Shown: positions 17,113 to 25,243 of the stretch, piece by piece | Layout: the number at the start of each line of letters is the position of its first letter | Position numbering within the stretch: position 1 is the stretch's first letter | IMG/VR virus record: IMGVR_UViG_3300017785_009800 | Coordinates: 1-27,895 of that record | Source: a virus | Lineage: Duplodnaviria; Caudoviricetes | Direction: 5' to 3' (one strand) | DNA: 27,895 nucleotides | The notes under the pieces: generated by a model | Told to the model about the DNA's origin: nothing | What the model saw: only the letters and a program-made list of their open reading frames with translations | Database searches by the model: none | Translations under genes and position numbers: made by a program

Positions 17113-17867
17113 GGAGATAATGGAGACCACAATTTCATATCATTTAATTGATTATAAAGCATAATGGTAACATGGCCATCTAAAAATGCAACAACAGCAT
17201 TGCCATTATAGCGAGCTGATACATAACCGGTAGCTTTTGGGTTACTTAGATCATCATATTTTGTGGCCCATTTGCCAGGATAGGCTGGTGCATCTACATA
17301 ATAAAAGCCTCTATATCTTTTACCGACTGCTTCGCTTCTTGTTGTTACGAATGCTATAGTATTACCTGGCTTGGGAACTTGTACTAATCTTGTAGCTACC
17401 AATCCTTTTTTATTAAGGGAAGAAAAAGAAGTATAATCGTTACCGCCAATAAAGTTTGCGTTGAGTCCAACAGAAGGTAATACACTTACTAGATATGACT
17501 GTGTGATGCCTCCTTGACTTGTAATAAAAGACTTTGATTCATTAACATGTGTACCGCCTAGAAAGCCATAGTTAAAGTAAGGAGCTAATCTCCAGGGCCA
17601 GCGATGTGCTTCATGTGAATCTTCTCCTCCCATGACTCGTCCGCTTGAATCATAGGCCGTACCATTAATATCATACCCCTTCATAAGCACCCCTTCATTA
17701 TCAGCTGAATGAGCTAAGTAGGCGGTAACCGTTGTCTTGCACGCCGCAACATCAGCAGCTTTCTTACCTGCATTGGAGGCTTGTTTAAACGCCGGTAATC
17801 CTAATCCGGCTAGTACACCTATAATACCGATAACAACCAAAAGCTCTACAAGGGTAAAAGCTTTCAC
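17109..17867 (-). CDS. prepilin-type N-terminal cleavage/methylation protein with H-X9-DG-like C-terminus (PVC type)
   Basis: KAFTLVELLVVIGIIGVLAGLGLPA; C-terminal RYNGNAVVAFLDGHV. Confidence 0.9.
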   Translation of the reverse strand: MKAFTLVELLVVIGIIGVLAGLGLPAFKQASNAGKKAADVAACKTTVTAYLAHSADNEGVLMKGYDINGTAYDSSGRVMGGEDSHEAHRWPWRLAPYFNYGFLGGTHVNESKSFITSQGGITQSYLVSVLPSVGLNANFIGGNDYTSFSSLNKKGLVATRLVQVPKPGNTIAFVTTRSEAVGKRYRGFYYVDAPAYPGKWATKYDDLSNPKATGYVSARYNGNAVVAFLDGHVTIMLYNQLNDMKLWSPLSP

Positions 17868-18568
17868 TTAGCAAATTGTCTAATGATAAGTACAATAAAG
17901 AGTGTAGAAACAAGATATCTAAAAATAGTAGGCTCGGGAATTATATTTACATAAGGACCAAAAGCTGACTCTGTTTCCGATGAATAAAATTGCGCGGTAG
18001 TACCTGTAATACTTGAATATGTACCAACTAATCCTAAGCCATTATTTGAAAGAGTACCGGCTTTCCACTGATCGAATGCGCTAGTTACATCTATAGCTTT
18101 CCATCCTGCTTCAGTAAAATTTACAGAAGCTACTGTAGGTTGGTTTAGTAAGTTATTCTCATACCAATTAAGAGGACTAGAAGCATATTGAATATTATCA
18201 AATGAATCGGTTAGCGCTACAACCTTTAGAGTAAAGGTAACCCCGGAAGTAAGTAATGAAAAGGTAGGAGGTCCTTGATAGCCTGGAACAACTGTACCTG
18301 GTACTCTGAAGCGTTGTAAATTAAGATTCAGTAATGCTGTGTCGCCTTTTTGAAAATTAGAAATATCAGACATTTCAATACCTGCAACATTGAAATGATA
18401 TTGATATGGGCTTCCGGCGGTAATGTCATTAACACCAACATTAAAGGGAGTGCGTGTATCACTATACGACCCGTAATACATGTAGTAGTCGGCATCATTA
18501 GTAATACTGACAGTTGCTGCTTTAGCAATAGATAATGTAGCTAATAAAGCTAATAGAACACTTTTCAT
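17864..18568 (-). CDS. PEP-CTERM surface protein
   Basis: Signal peptide MKSVLLALLATLSIAKA; IDVT....W......NNGLGL...FYSSE; C-terminal IPEPT + TM + RQFAK; TAAATA-N5-ATG. Confidence 0.8.
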   Translation of the reverse strand: MKSVLLALLATLSIAKAATVSITNDADYYMYYGSYSDTRTPFNVGVNDITAGSPYQYHFNVAGIEMSDISNFQKGDTALLNLNLQRFRVPGTVVPGYQGPPTFSLLTSGVTFTLKVVALTDSFDNIQYASSPLNWYENNLLNQPTVASVNFTEAGWKAIDVTSAFDQWKAGTLSNNGLGLVGTYSSITGTTAQFYSSETESAFGPYVNIIPEPTIFRYLVSTLFIVLIIRQFAK

Positions 18569-18651
18569 ATAATTATTTATTCTTGAGCTTTTTAATGCCA
18601 AAGAAGCTCAATATGCTGGCAACAATGATGGTTATGACAAATGAGCACATG

Positions 18652-19425
18652 TTATGAATAAAATAGAAATACTATACCGCCTCTTCCTCCATTACTATCA
18701 AAACTATTACATCCTCCACCTCCGACACTAATGCTCATAGTTTGCCCTCCTGTAACATTAAAAATATGCATAAAAGCTCCCCCTCCACCTCCTCTATTGT
18801 TTCCTTTTTGTGTATCACCATAGTTTGAGTCTGTACCGATAGTATTATAAAACCACGGTAATCCAGATTGTCCGCCAGTATTAGGTCCTTGTATAGCGGA
18901 CGAATAGCCGGTAAATTTAATAAGTGCATTAGCAGATGGTACACCTCCTGGAGCGTTATAGCTAGCGCAACAACCGTTACCAACTCCTCCGGTAGCTGAT
19001 ACTGTAGTTCCTCCGTAAGTAACTGATGTCGGTCCGCCTTGAGTTCCTGACCCCACATCAGGAATATTTGTACCCCCTCCCCCAGCTACTGCTACAACAA
19101 ACACTTGTGTCACACCTGTAGGCACAGTCCACGTGGCGGTTACTGGAAGAGCAGGGTTAGGATATCTACTACGCGCATTGTCATTAGCATACACTCTACA
19201 TCCTCCTGTTACGGGTATAGTTGGCTTGTTTTTAATATAATCTAATGCACCAGTAGTAGTTTGATTCCAATCTGATTGTATTTGAGCTGCAGGAATCGCT
19301 AGAGCTGTTTTTATTTGGGCTAAAGAAGCTTTATATGTGCTGGGTGATACTGATGTACTAAAGGGAAACAGATCATTTGTAGTAGGAGCTTGACTAGAAA
19401 GATCATTGATTGTTACGTCGGCCAT
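18652..19425 (-). CDS. Gly-rich tail fibre/adhesin (MADV family, copy 5)
   Basis: MADVTINDL; QSDWNQ...DYIKNKP fibre motif; TWTVPTGVT.V.V..VAGGGG Gly-rich head. Confidence 0.8.
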   Translation of the reverse strand: MADVTINDLSSQAPTTNDLFPFSTSVSPSTYKASLAQIKTALAIPAAQIQSDWNQTTTGALDYIKNKPTIPVTGGCRVYANDNARSRYPNPALPVTATWTVPTGVTQVFVVAVAGGGGTNIPDVGSGTQGGPTSVTYGGTTVSATGGVGNGCCASYNAPGGVPSANALIKFTGYSSAIQGPNTGGQSGLPWFYNTIGTDSNYGDTQKGNNRGGGGGAFMHIFNVTGGQTMSISVGGGGCNSFDSNGGRGGIVFLFYS

Positions 19426-19476
19426 ATCATTAATATTTATGTGGAATCCTGTACTAAAAGCATATATATTATTTAT

Positions 19477-19782
19477 ATGAATAAACTACTCGTTACTATG
19501 GCCACAAGTGTAATGCTTGTTGGCTCTGCTCTGGCTGACAATGGTGCTGCTTCTAATACAAGCAACAATGATGTCACTGTAGAGAGCGTTTGGACATGCA
19601 TTGGTGATGTGTTACTTGTGAGACCCATTGGAGCTGCAGCCACTGTTGCCGGCTTTGGTGTGTTTGCTGTAGCATCGCCTTTTGCTGCCATGGCTGATGC
19701 CACAGAGAAAGTGTATGACACAGTTGTAACTGCTCCTGGTGAATACACATTCTGCCGCGATCTTGGCGATTTCTCCAAGTAA
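19477..19782 (+). CDS. secreted/membrane protein of bacterial type
   Basis: Signal peptide MNKLLVTMATSVMLVGSALA; GDVLLVRPIG.AATVAG...P.EYTF.R.LG. Confidence 0.75.
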   Translation: MNKLLVTMATSVMLVGSALADNGAASNTSNNDVTVESVWTCIGDVLLVRPIGAAATVAGFGVFAVASPFAAMADATEKVYDTVVTAPGEYTFCRDLGDFSK

Positions 19783-19831
19783 TCCTATTCTAGTCAAGAG
19801 TTCAATCCTTTTGGCTAGATTAAATATTTCC

Positions 19832-19990
19832 ATGACCTTTAAAGAGTATATGCGTCAACAGTTACGCAAAAAGAAAAAGAAATCACCTCTTCCTCAGGCA
19901 GATAAAACGCCTCTTGTTACCAGTGCTGACATGATTCCAACTCAATCTTTGCCTGCTGCTACAGGCGGCAACCAGCCCAGTCTCTCTTAA
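19832..19990 (+). CDS. small basic late protein
   Basis: MTFKEYMRQQLRKKKKK; TAAATA-N5-ATG fixes the start. Confidence 0.65.
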   Translation: MTFKEYMRQQLRKKKKKSPLPQADKTPLVTSADMIPTQSLPAATGGNQPSLS

Positions 19991-20034
19991 TTTTTATATT
20001 GCCAGTTTTCCAAATTCCGTTACAATAACGGATA

Positions 20035-20376
20035 ATGAAATTAAAGATTATTGCTTTAACAGGTTTGCTTGCTATTAACGCATTTGCAGAAGATATTGCA
20101 AAGCTTCGTGTGCATGGCAATTCAATGTATCCTACCTTTAAGAACGGTGACCTTCTTTACATTGATAAAGATATTCCATATGGCTCTTTACGAGAAGGTG
20201 ATATTGTTTGCTTCAACGATCCAGAATACAGTCAAGAGATTTCAACTTGTCATAGAGTTGTCTTGCAGACCTTCAAAGGGTTTATTGCAAAAGGGGATAA
20301 CAATTTCCTTTGTGATGGAAATTATATCATCCAACAAAACTATGTTGGTAAGGTAGTTAAAATTATTTCTGAATAA
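20035..20376 (+). CDS. S26/S24 family (signal peptidase I-like) peptidase
   Basis: GNSMYPT, GDIV.F, HRVV, KGDNN...D (Ser-His type); TTGCCA-N16-TACAAT upstream. Confidence 0.85.
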   Translation: MKLKIIALTGLLAINAFAEDIAKLRVHGNSMYPTFKNGDLLYIDKDIPYGSLREGDIVCFNDPEYSQEISTCHRVVLQTFKGFIAKGDNNFLCDGNYIIQQNYVGKVVKIISE

Positions 20377-20521
20377 CTGCGTCTTTGGGAAGCCAGGCTT
20401 CCAAAGTAAGATTAGCACCAATATAACCGGTTTGTGCTAACTGCTTTGTTTTAGAATCTGTTGTATAAATACCATAACCACCACACTTTAGTTTTTTTAC
20501 AATTGGTTTTTCGTCAGCCAT
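20363..20521 (-). CDS. small hypothetical protein (52 aa)
   Basis: Own translation MADEKPIVKKLKCGGYGIYTTDSKTKQLAQTGYIGANLTLEAWLPKDAVIQK; TTGCTT-N16-TAGAAT-N6-ATG. Confidence 0.65.
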   Translation of the reverse strand: MADEKPIVKKLKCGGYGIYTTDSKTKQLAQTGYIGANLTLEAWLPKDAVIQK

Positions 20522-20522
20522 A

Positions 20523-20542
20523 AACCTATTCTAGAATAGGTT
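20523..20542. promoter_or_regulatory. perfect 20-bp palindrome over a -10 element (operator candidate)
   Basis: AACCTATTCTAGAATAGGTT. Confidence 0.5.
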
Positions 20543-20556
20543 AATTAAAAAGCAAC

Positions 20557-21093
20557 TTATGCTTTGTTCTGTAGCTTATCTGCAGCCATTACCAAGATCT
20601 TAATCACGTCAGCTTTAGAGTATCTCTTGGGATGATTAATTAGCTTATCAATCAAGTCAAGAGTCTCATGATTCACATTGTAATGAGAGGAAAGTGCGGC
20701 TTGTTCTTCTGACTCTTCTTTAGCAGAAATTGCAGCTTTAATAGCAGAATCACGACGGGCAAGATATTCTTCTTCAGTCTCTTCAGACTTATGCTTTACT
20801 GCCATCTCCATGTTATCTTCATCCTTGGCTTCTTTTTTCTCTTTAACAACTGATTCTCCTTGAACAGGACCACCAAATTTTGTCTTAGCCCATTCAATTA
20901 CGCCAGCAAATTCTTCAGGCGAAAGAGCAAATTTGGTAGCGAGGTTAGCATCACTCTTAAGCATGTCGAGTATTTCAACCAACCGCTTTGAATTAGCTTG
21001 TTCTAAGCTAGCATCTGAGTATGTTCCTTCGTTAATTACCTTGAAGCGCTTGTTAACGTAATTTTCGAACATCTTAATATCATCGAGGGTCAT
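20557..21093 (-). CDS. hypothetical late protein, charged, possibly head-internal
   Basis: MTLDDIKMFENY N-terminus; E/K-rich; TAAATA-N5-ATG. Confidence 0.8.
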   Translation of the reverse strand: MTLDDIKMFENYVNKRFKVINEGTYSDASLEQANSKRLVEILDMLKSDANLATKFALSPEEFAGVIEWAKTKFGGPVQGESVVKEKKEAKDEDNMEMAVKHKSEETEEEYLARRDSAIKAAISAKEESEEQAALSSHYNVNHETLDLIDKLINHPKRYSKADVIKILVMAADKLQNKA

Positions 21094-21160
21094 ACTAATA
21101 TTTATCTTATGACTTGTTATTTTCTTTAAAAATGCATATATTAGTTGACTAAATAATTAT

Positions 21161-21466
21161 ATGAGAAATATTAATCTAAAAGTTACAAGAGCCAACATAA
21201 AGAACGGAGAACCTGTTAACCCAGGAAAATGCCCCATAGCTAATTCAATTACGGAACAGGTAAAGAATGTTTATTACGTCAGAGTTCTGCCTGAAGAGGC
21301 AGCAATTAAAGTCAAACAAGGCAATAAAATCATTACCTACAAAAGCACTCTACCAAAAGTAGCTAATACCTTTATTAGAATGTTTGATGATGGTACTAGA
21401 GTTAAGCCATTCTCTCTTAATTTAAACTTTAAAAAAATTAATAATAAAATAGCTGACTTAATTTAA
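21161..21466 (+). CDS. hypothetical phage protein
   Basis: 101 aa, CPIA motif; TAAATA-N5-ATG. Confidence 0.75.
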   Translation: MRNINLKVTRANIKNGEPVNPGKCPIANSITEQVKNVYYVRVLPEEAAIKVKQGNKIITYKSTLPKVANTFIRMFDDGTRVKPFSLNLNFKKINNKIADLI

Positions 21467-21503
21467 TACTAAAATATTACACACTTATTGAATAAATAAT
21501 TAC

Positions 21504-22166
21504 ATGGCTAATTACCAAACAGTGCTGTTGAGGCCTTCATTTCAGCTTTATACACATAATTCAAGCGCAGCAAGCGCGTTTGTAAGTTACCCTGGTATAA
21601 CAAGAGTAAGTACTGTTAACCCTGAAAACCCTGCTAGTGTTCGTTCATGGACACCTGATTTACCTGTTGACTTTCAACTCGCTTGGCTCACTTCTTTTAC
21701 TCCTGGCTCTTCTTATCAAGTTGTACTTTCCGCTAACGCTAGCGTTGTGCAAGAAGGATCATACCCAGGAATCACAGTGAGACCAATTATTGGTCCATTT
21801 GCATTCTTATCAATGCCTTCAAATTCATTACCAATTAATATTTTAACAGTAACAGTTACAAACTCAGCTGGAACAGTTCCCTTGTCTACTGTACTTGGGT
21901 TTGCCTGGACAGTAGTCATTGATAATTCACAGCCCCAATTTCCAGCATTTAATTCATGGAAACGTTATGATAGAGCAAATATAGGAACCTTTAATGAAGA
22001 AAACACTCTAACTTTTCTATACCCGGGCTCTTCTTACTATATTTCTCTTGGTAATTCAAGTAGCTTCACAATCAATATACCTCGCCGTAACAGCTACCTT
22101 ATTACCAATGATGCAAGGTTTATAACAACCAATGATGGTCGTTATATAACTGTTGGAACTGCCTAA
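21504..22166 (+). CDS. putative virion structural protein, beta-rich, with C-terminal TND repeats
   Basis: S/T/P/V-rich; ends YLITNDARFITTNDGRYITV; TAAATA-N5-ATG. Confidence 0.7.
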   Translation: MANYQTVLLRPSFQLYTHNSSAASAFVSYPGITRVSTVNPENPASVRSWTPDLPVDFQLAWLTSFTPGSSYQVVLSANASVVQEGSYPGITVRPIIGPFAFLSMPSNSLPINILTVTVTNSAGTVPLSTVLGFAWTVVIDNSQPQFPAFNSWKRYDRANIGTFNEENTLTFLYPGSSYYISLGNSSSFTINIPRRNSYLITNDARFITTNDGRYITVGTA

Positions 22167-22375
22167 ACAAACCTTAAACCAGGTCGCTCTTCTTCAGTAA
22201 ACAGTTCAAGAATTGATATCTTCTCTAACAAAAACCATTCGTGATTGATCTTAATACATTTACCAGAAGGTGAAAACTCATTTATCTTACCCTCATGTAT
22301 TACAAATTTGTTAACTGCAGTGTTGATAAAGAGAATCTTTCTATCAATCAATTCTTTGTGAGTATATTTCTTCAT
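22163..22375 (-). CDS. hypothetical protein
   Basis: 70-aa ORF. Confidence 0.65.
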   Translation of the reverse strand: MKKYTHKELIDRKILFINTAVNKFVIHEGKINEFSPSGKCIKINHEWFLLEKISILELFTEEERPGLRFV

Positions 22376-22381
22376 AAAATT

Positions 22382-22433
22382 AAAAATAGAAACCCCATGC
22401 CGAAAAGAAGAGCTAAACTCGGCATGGGGTTTC
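22382..22433 (-). terminator. intrinsic terminator-like hairpin, 15-bp stem
   Basis: GAAACCCCATGCCGA / TCGGCATGGGGTTTC then TATTTTT. Confidence 0.8.
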
Positions 22434-22478
22434 GTTGATTATATTACTGTTATCTTAGGCTCTTCTTAAGCTGTAATA

Positions 22479-22805
22479 TTAGCTCTGTTTAGACCACTTA
22501 CCGTTGATCTTGATAGCATTCTGGAGAGCGCTATCCGAGATCGCGGTAGTGACATCGGTCACACCGAGTTCCGTCCGAACGTCCTGCACGCTTTTACCAG
22601 CGCGAAGGAGCTTCAGCGCGGGGCGAGCAATATAGTTAGTCACGAAACCTTCAGGCTTCGAAGCCAAATACTTGGCGTTAGTAAGACGGGACTTGCCGGT
22701 GATAATACAAACCAAACGAGGAGTCACCTCGCGAGAGGACTTTGCGGCGTTCTCTCGGTTAGCCGGGTTCTTACGAACCGTTGGTTCTAGCAATGTGCTA
22801 TTCAT
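22479..22805 (-). CDS. hypothetical basic early protein, possibly DNA-binding
   Basis: 108 aa, visibly more GC-rich than neighbours; KLLRAGKSVQDVRTELG is HTH-like. Confidence 0.8.
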   Translation of the reverse strand: MNSTLLEPTVRKNPANRENAAKSSREVTPRLVCIITGKSRLTNAKYLASKPEGFVTNYIARPALKLLRAGKSVQDVRTELGVTDVTTAISDSALQNAIKINGKWSKQS

Positions 22806-22814
22806 GATCCATAT

Positions 22815-22842
22815 ATTATGGCTGAACTGAGGAAAGAGTCAA
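22815..22842 (-). promoter_or_regulatory. sigma70-type early promoter
   Basis: TTGACT-N16-CATAAT; shares GTTCAGCCATAATAT with the promoter at 4997-5024. Confidence 0.75.
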
Positions 22843-22876
22843 CTGTTTTGTTGCAACGGATGTAACTACTTGATGG

Positions 22877-23746
22877 CTAACTTACTGCTCCTAGTGGAGC
22901 ATTGCCAGTTGTTGTTGCCACATTACCATTTAGCGTAATGGCTTTGCCAGCTGCACCCCCTGCTCCAGGGTATGAACGCGAAAGGTCCCGATTATATGGT
23001 GGAGCTCCGCTGGTACCGTTTTGACCTAAATATCCACCATTTCCTCCAGTAGCAGTCATAGTAACATTCCTAAATCTATAGCTATATACACCTCCAGCTC
23101 CTCCATTTGAAGTAGTACCTGCATTTCCCCCTCGACAATTGTTAGTTGTGTTACCAGGTGAAGTACATACACCTGCTCCTCCTCCTGAAAAACCTGCGCC
23201 GCCGCCTCCTCCTGCAGTTACAAGAAAACCGCCTTCTAAGGGATAGAACTGACAACCACCTCCCCCGCCGCCTCCTCCCCCGCCTATAGTCCCTAAATTA
23301 TTTATTGTTATATTATAGCTCAAACTTATTGCAGACCCCCCTGGAGACCCGTTTTCAGCACCAAATTGAAATGCATAAGAATTACCTCCCCTTCCTCCTG
23401 CACCTGCAATTATAGCATTATTGGTGAGGGTGATGGAACTGCCGGCAGGCCATGTGCCTGTAACTAAAGATGCAGTGCCTGTGGAAGAGCTGCCTACGTT
23501 GCCTGTTACAGTAAAGCTTACATCAACGGGAGTCGATGAAAAGTCCCCGGTTTGTGTTTCATATAATGACCTCAAGTTAATATTATTACCACCTGTTATA
23601 GTAATAGTAGTATCAGAAGCATAAAACTTGGTCCAAATACCATCTTTGTTAATCCATCCTGATTTTACTGCTTTCCATGTGCCATCATTAACACTAAGCT
23701 TCCTTACTGTCTTCCATGTACCATTGTCATTAACTGAAAATGCCAT
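22877..23746 (-). CDS. Gly-rich tail-fibre tip adhesin, gp38-like (MAFSVND family, copy 1)
   Basis: Conserved N-module; NINL..., I.GAGG.GG, I.N.GTIGGGGGGG polyglycine pattern of T-even gp38. Confidence 0.8.
   Translation of the reverse strand: MAFSVNDNGTWKTVRKLSVNDGTWKAVKSGWINKDGIWTKFYASDTTITITGGNNINLRSLYETQTGDFSSTPVDVSFTVTGNVGSSSTGTASLVTGTWPAGSSITLTNNAIIAGAGGRGGNSYAFQFGAENGSPGGSAISLSYNITINNLGTIGGGGGGGGGGCQFYPLEGGFLVTAGGGGGAGFSGGGAGVCTSPGNTTNNCRGGNAGTTSNGGAGGVYSYRFRNVTMTATGGNGGYLGQNGTSGAPPYNRDLSRSYPGAGGAAGKAITLNGNVATTTGNAPLGAVS
23620..23746 (-). repeat. ~127-bp direct repeat encoding the adhesin N-module (other copies ~24354-24480, 25109-25235, 26050-26179, 27279-27405)
   Basis: Near-identical DNA, differences mostly at third codon positions. 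Confidence 0.85.
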
Positions 23747-23754
23747 AAGAATAT

Positions 23755-23838
23755 TTAATTGAATGTTATTGTGCCTGATGATGTGAAAGTATACACAGTT
23801 TCAGATCCAACTGTAGTGACTGAAACAGTGCCAGTTGT
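23755..23838 (-). repeat. ~84-bp direct repeat encoding the adhesin C-module (other copies ~24489-24572, 25244-25327)
   Basis: Shared GTATACACAGTTTC..CCAACTGTAGTGACTGAAAC blocks. Confidence 0.85.
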
Positions 23839-24480
23839 GGCAGCTGCTGATGTCTCTACTGGTACTTTAATTATAACTACCCCAGATGCACCTCCATTTC
23901 CATATGGAGGATATCCAGATATTCCATTGGAACTGCCTGGCGTGTTAGTACTACCTCCTCCTGCTCCCCCCCCTGCTCCAGGTGCTCCGTTGTTGGCAGT
24001 ACATCTTCTATGGTCTGGATATGGATTCTGAGTTACAGTTCCTCCTCCTCCCCCTCCACCGCCTGTAGCAATTATATTATATACTGAAATTGAACTGGAC
24101 GCACCTGGGCTTCCTGCATATCCACAAGCAAAATTTTGCCCATAATAACCACTAGCCCCGTCGGCTCCTCTATCACCCACATTAATATTTAAACTTTCAC
24201 CTGTCGGTATTATAATATTGCCTGTACTTGCACCTGCTCCACCGCCATTACCACCATTCCCAATTCCCAGATTCCCAAAACAACTTCTCCTGCAGGAACC
24301 CCCTGTGCCGCCTCCACCCCCTACTACAGTCACTTGAGCGGTAATATCAGATGCATAAAACTTGGTCCAAACACCATTCTTATTAATCCAACCCGATTTT
24401 ACTGCTTTCCATGTACCATCATTGACACTGAGTTTCTTTACTGTTTTCCAAGTACCGTTGTCATTAACTGAAAATGCCAT
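23755..24480 (-). CDS. Gly-rich adhesin (MAFSVND family, copy 2)
   Basis: Conserved N-module; VVGGGGG; C-terminal TTGTVSVTTVGSETVYTFTSSGTITFN. Confidence 0.8.
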   Translation of the reverse strand: MAFSVNDNGTWKTVKKLSVNDGTWKAVKSGWINKNGVWTKFYASDITAQVTVVGGGGGTGGSCRRSCFGNLGIGNGGNGGGAGASTGNIIIPTGESLNINVGDRGADGASGYYGQNFACGYAGSPGASSSISVYNIIATGGGGGGGGTVTQNPYPDHRRCTANNGAPGAGGGAGGGSTNTPGSSNGISGYPPYGNGGASGVVIIKVPVETSAAATTGTVSVTTVGSETVYTFTSSGTITFN

Positions 24481-24488
24481 ATGTATAC

Positions 24489-25235
24489 TTAATTAAATGT
24501 CATTGTGCCCGATGATGTGAAAGTATACACAGTTTCTGAACCAACTGTAGTGACTGAAACTGTACCTGTGGTTGTAATGCTTGTTCCTGTAGGAACAGTA
24601 AATTGAACTGCTCCTTGAGTACTTGCATTACCATAACTACCTAACGTAATGCCTGAGTTTACATCTCCTCCTGATGCAGAACCGGTTGCACCAGTAGAAC
24701 CATTACTAGTGTAAGTATAAGGTCCACCGGACCGCCCATCTCTATATTGATAACCTCCAGTACCTCCAGTACCCCCAGTACCTCCAGTGCAATTAATATT
24801 CACACCTGTTCCTGTAACAGCAGAAGATTGACCTGTGCCTCCAGTGGTTCCTATTGCACGCATACTAGTGGTACCTAAGCATTGGGTGGATTGACTTACA
24901 CCTTCTGTACCAGCACCTCCTACTGTTATGGTCAAGGTGGATCCTGATTCAAGATTTAAGGTTTTAGAACTACCGCCTCCTCTGCCTCCAGCTCCTCCGA
25001 AACCTGTTACAGATGGCAAGCAGCCAGAGAAACGATAGAGATAACTGCCATTCCCTCCAGAACCACCACCTCCTCCGATTGCAGTTACTCGAGCAGTAAC
25101 TGAACTAGAATAAAACTTGGTCCAAACACCATCCTTGTTAATCCATCCTGATTTTACAGCTTTCCATGTGCCATCATTGACACTGAGTTTCTTTACTGTT
25201 TTCCAAGTACCGCTATCATTAACTGAAAATGCCAT
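24489..25235 (-). CDS. Gly-rich adhesin (MAFSVND family, copy 3)
   Basis: Same N- and C-modules as copy 2, divergent core. Confidence 0.8.
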   Translation of the reverse strand: MAFSVNDSGTWKTVKKLSVNDGTWKAVKSGWINKDGVWTKFYSSSVTARVTAIGGGGGSGGNGSYLYRFSGCLPSVTGFGGAGGRGGGSSKTLNLESGSTLTITVGGAGTEGVSQSTQCLGTTSMRAIGTTGGTGQSSAVTGTGVNINCTGGTGGTGGTGGYQYRDGRSGGPYTYTSNGSTGATGSASGGDVNSGITLGSYGNASTQGAVQFTVPTGTSITTTGTVSVTTVGSETVYTFTSSGTMTFN

Positions 25236-25243
25236 ATGATTAT

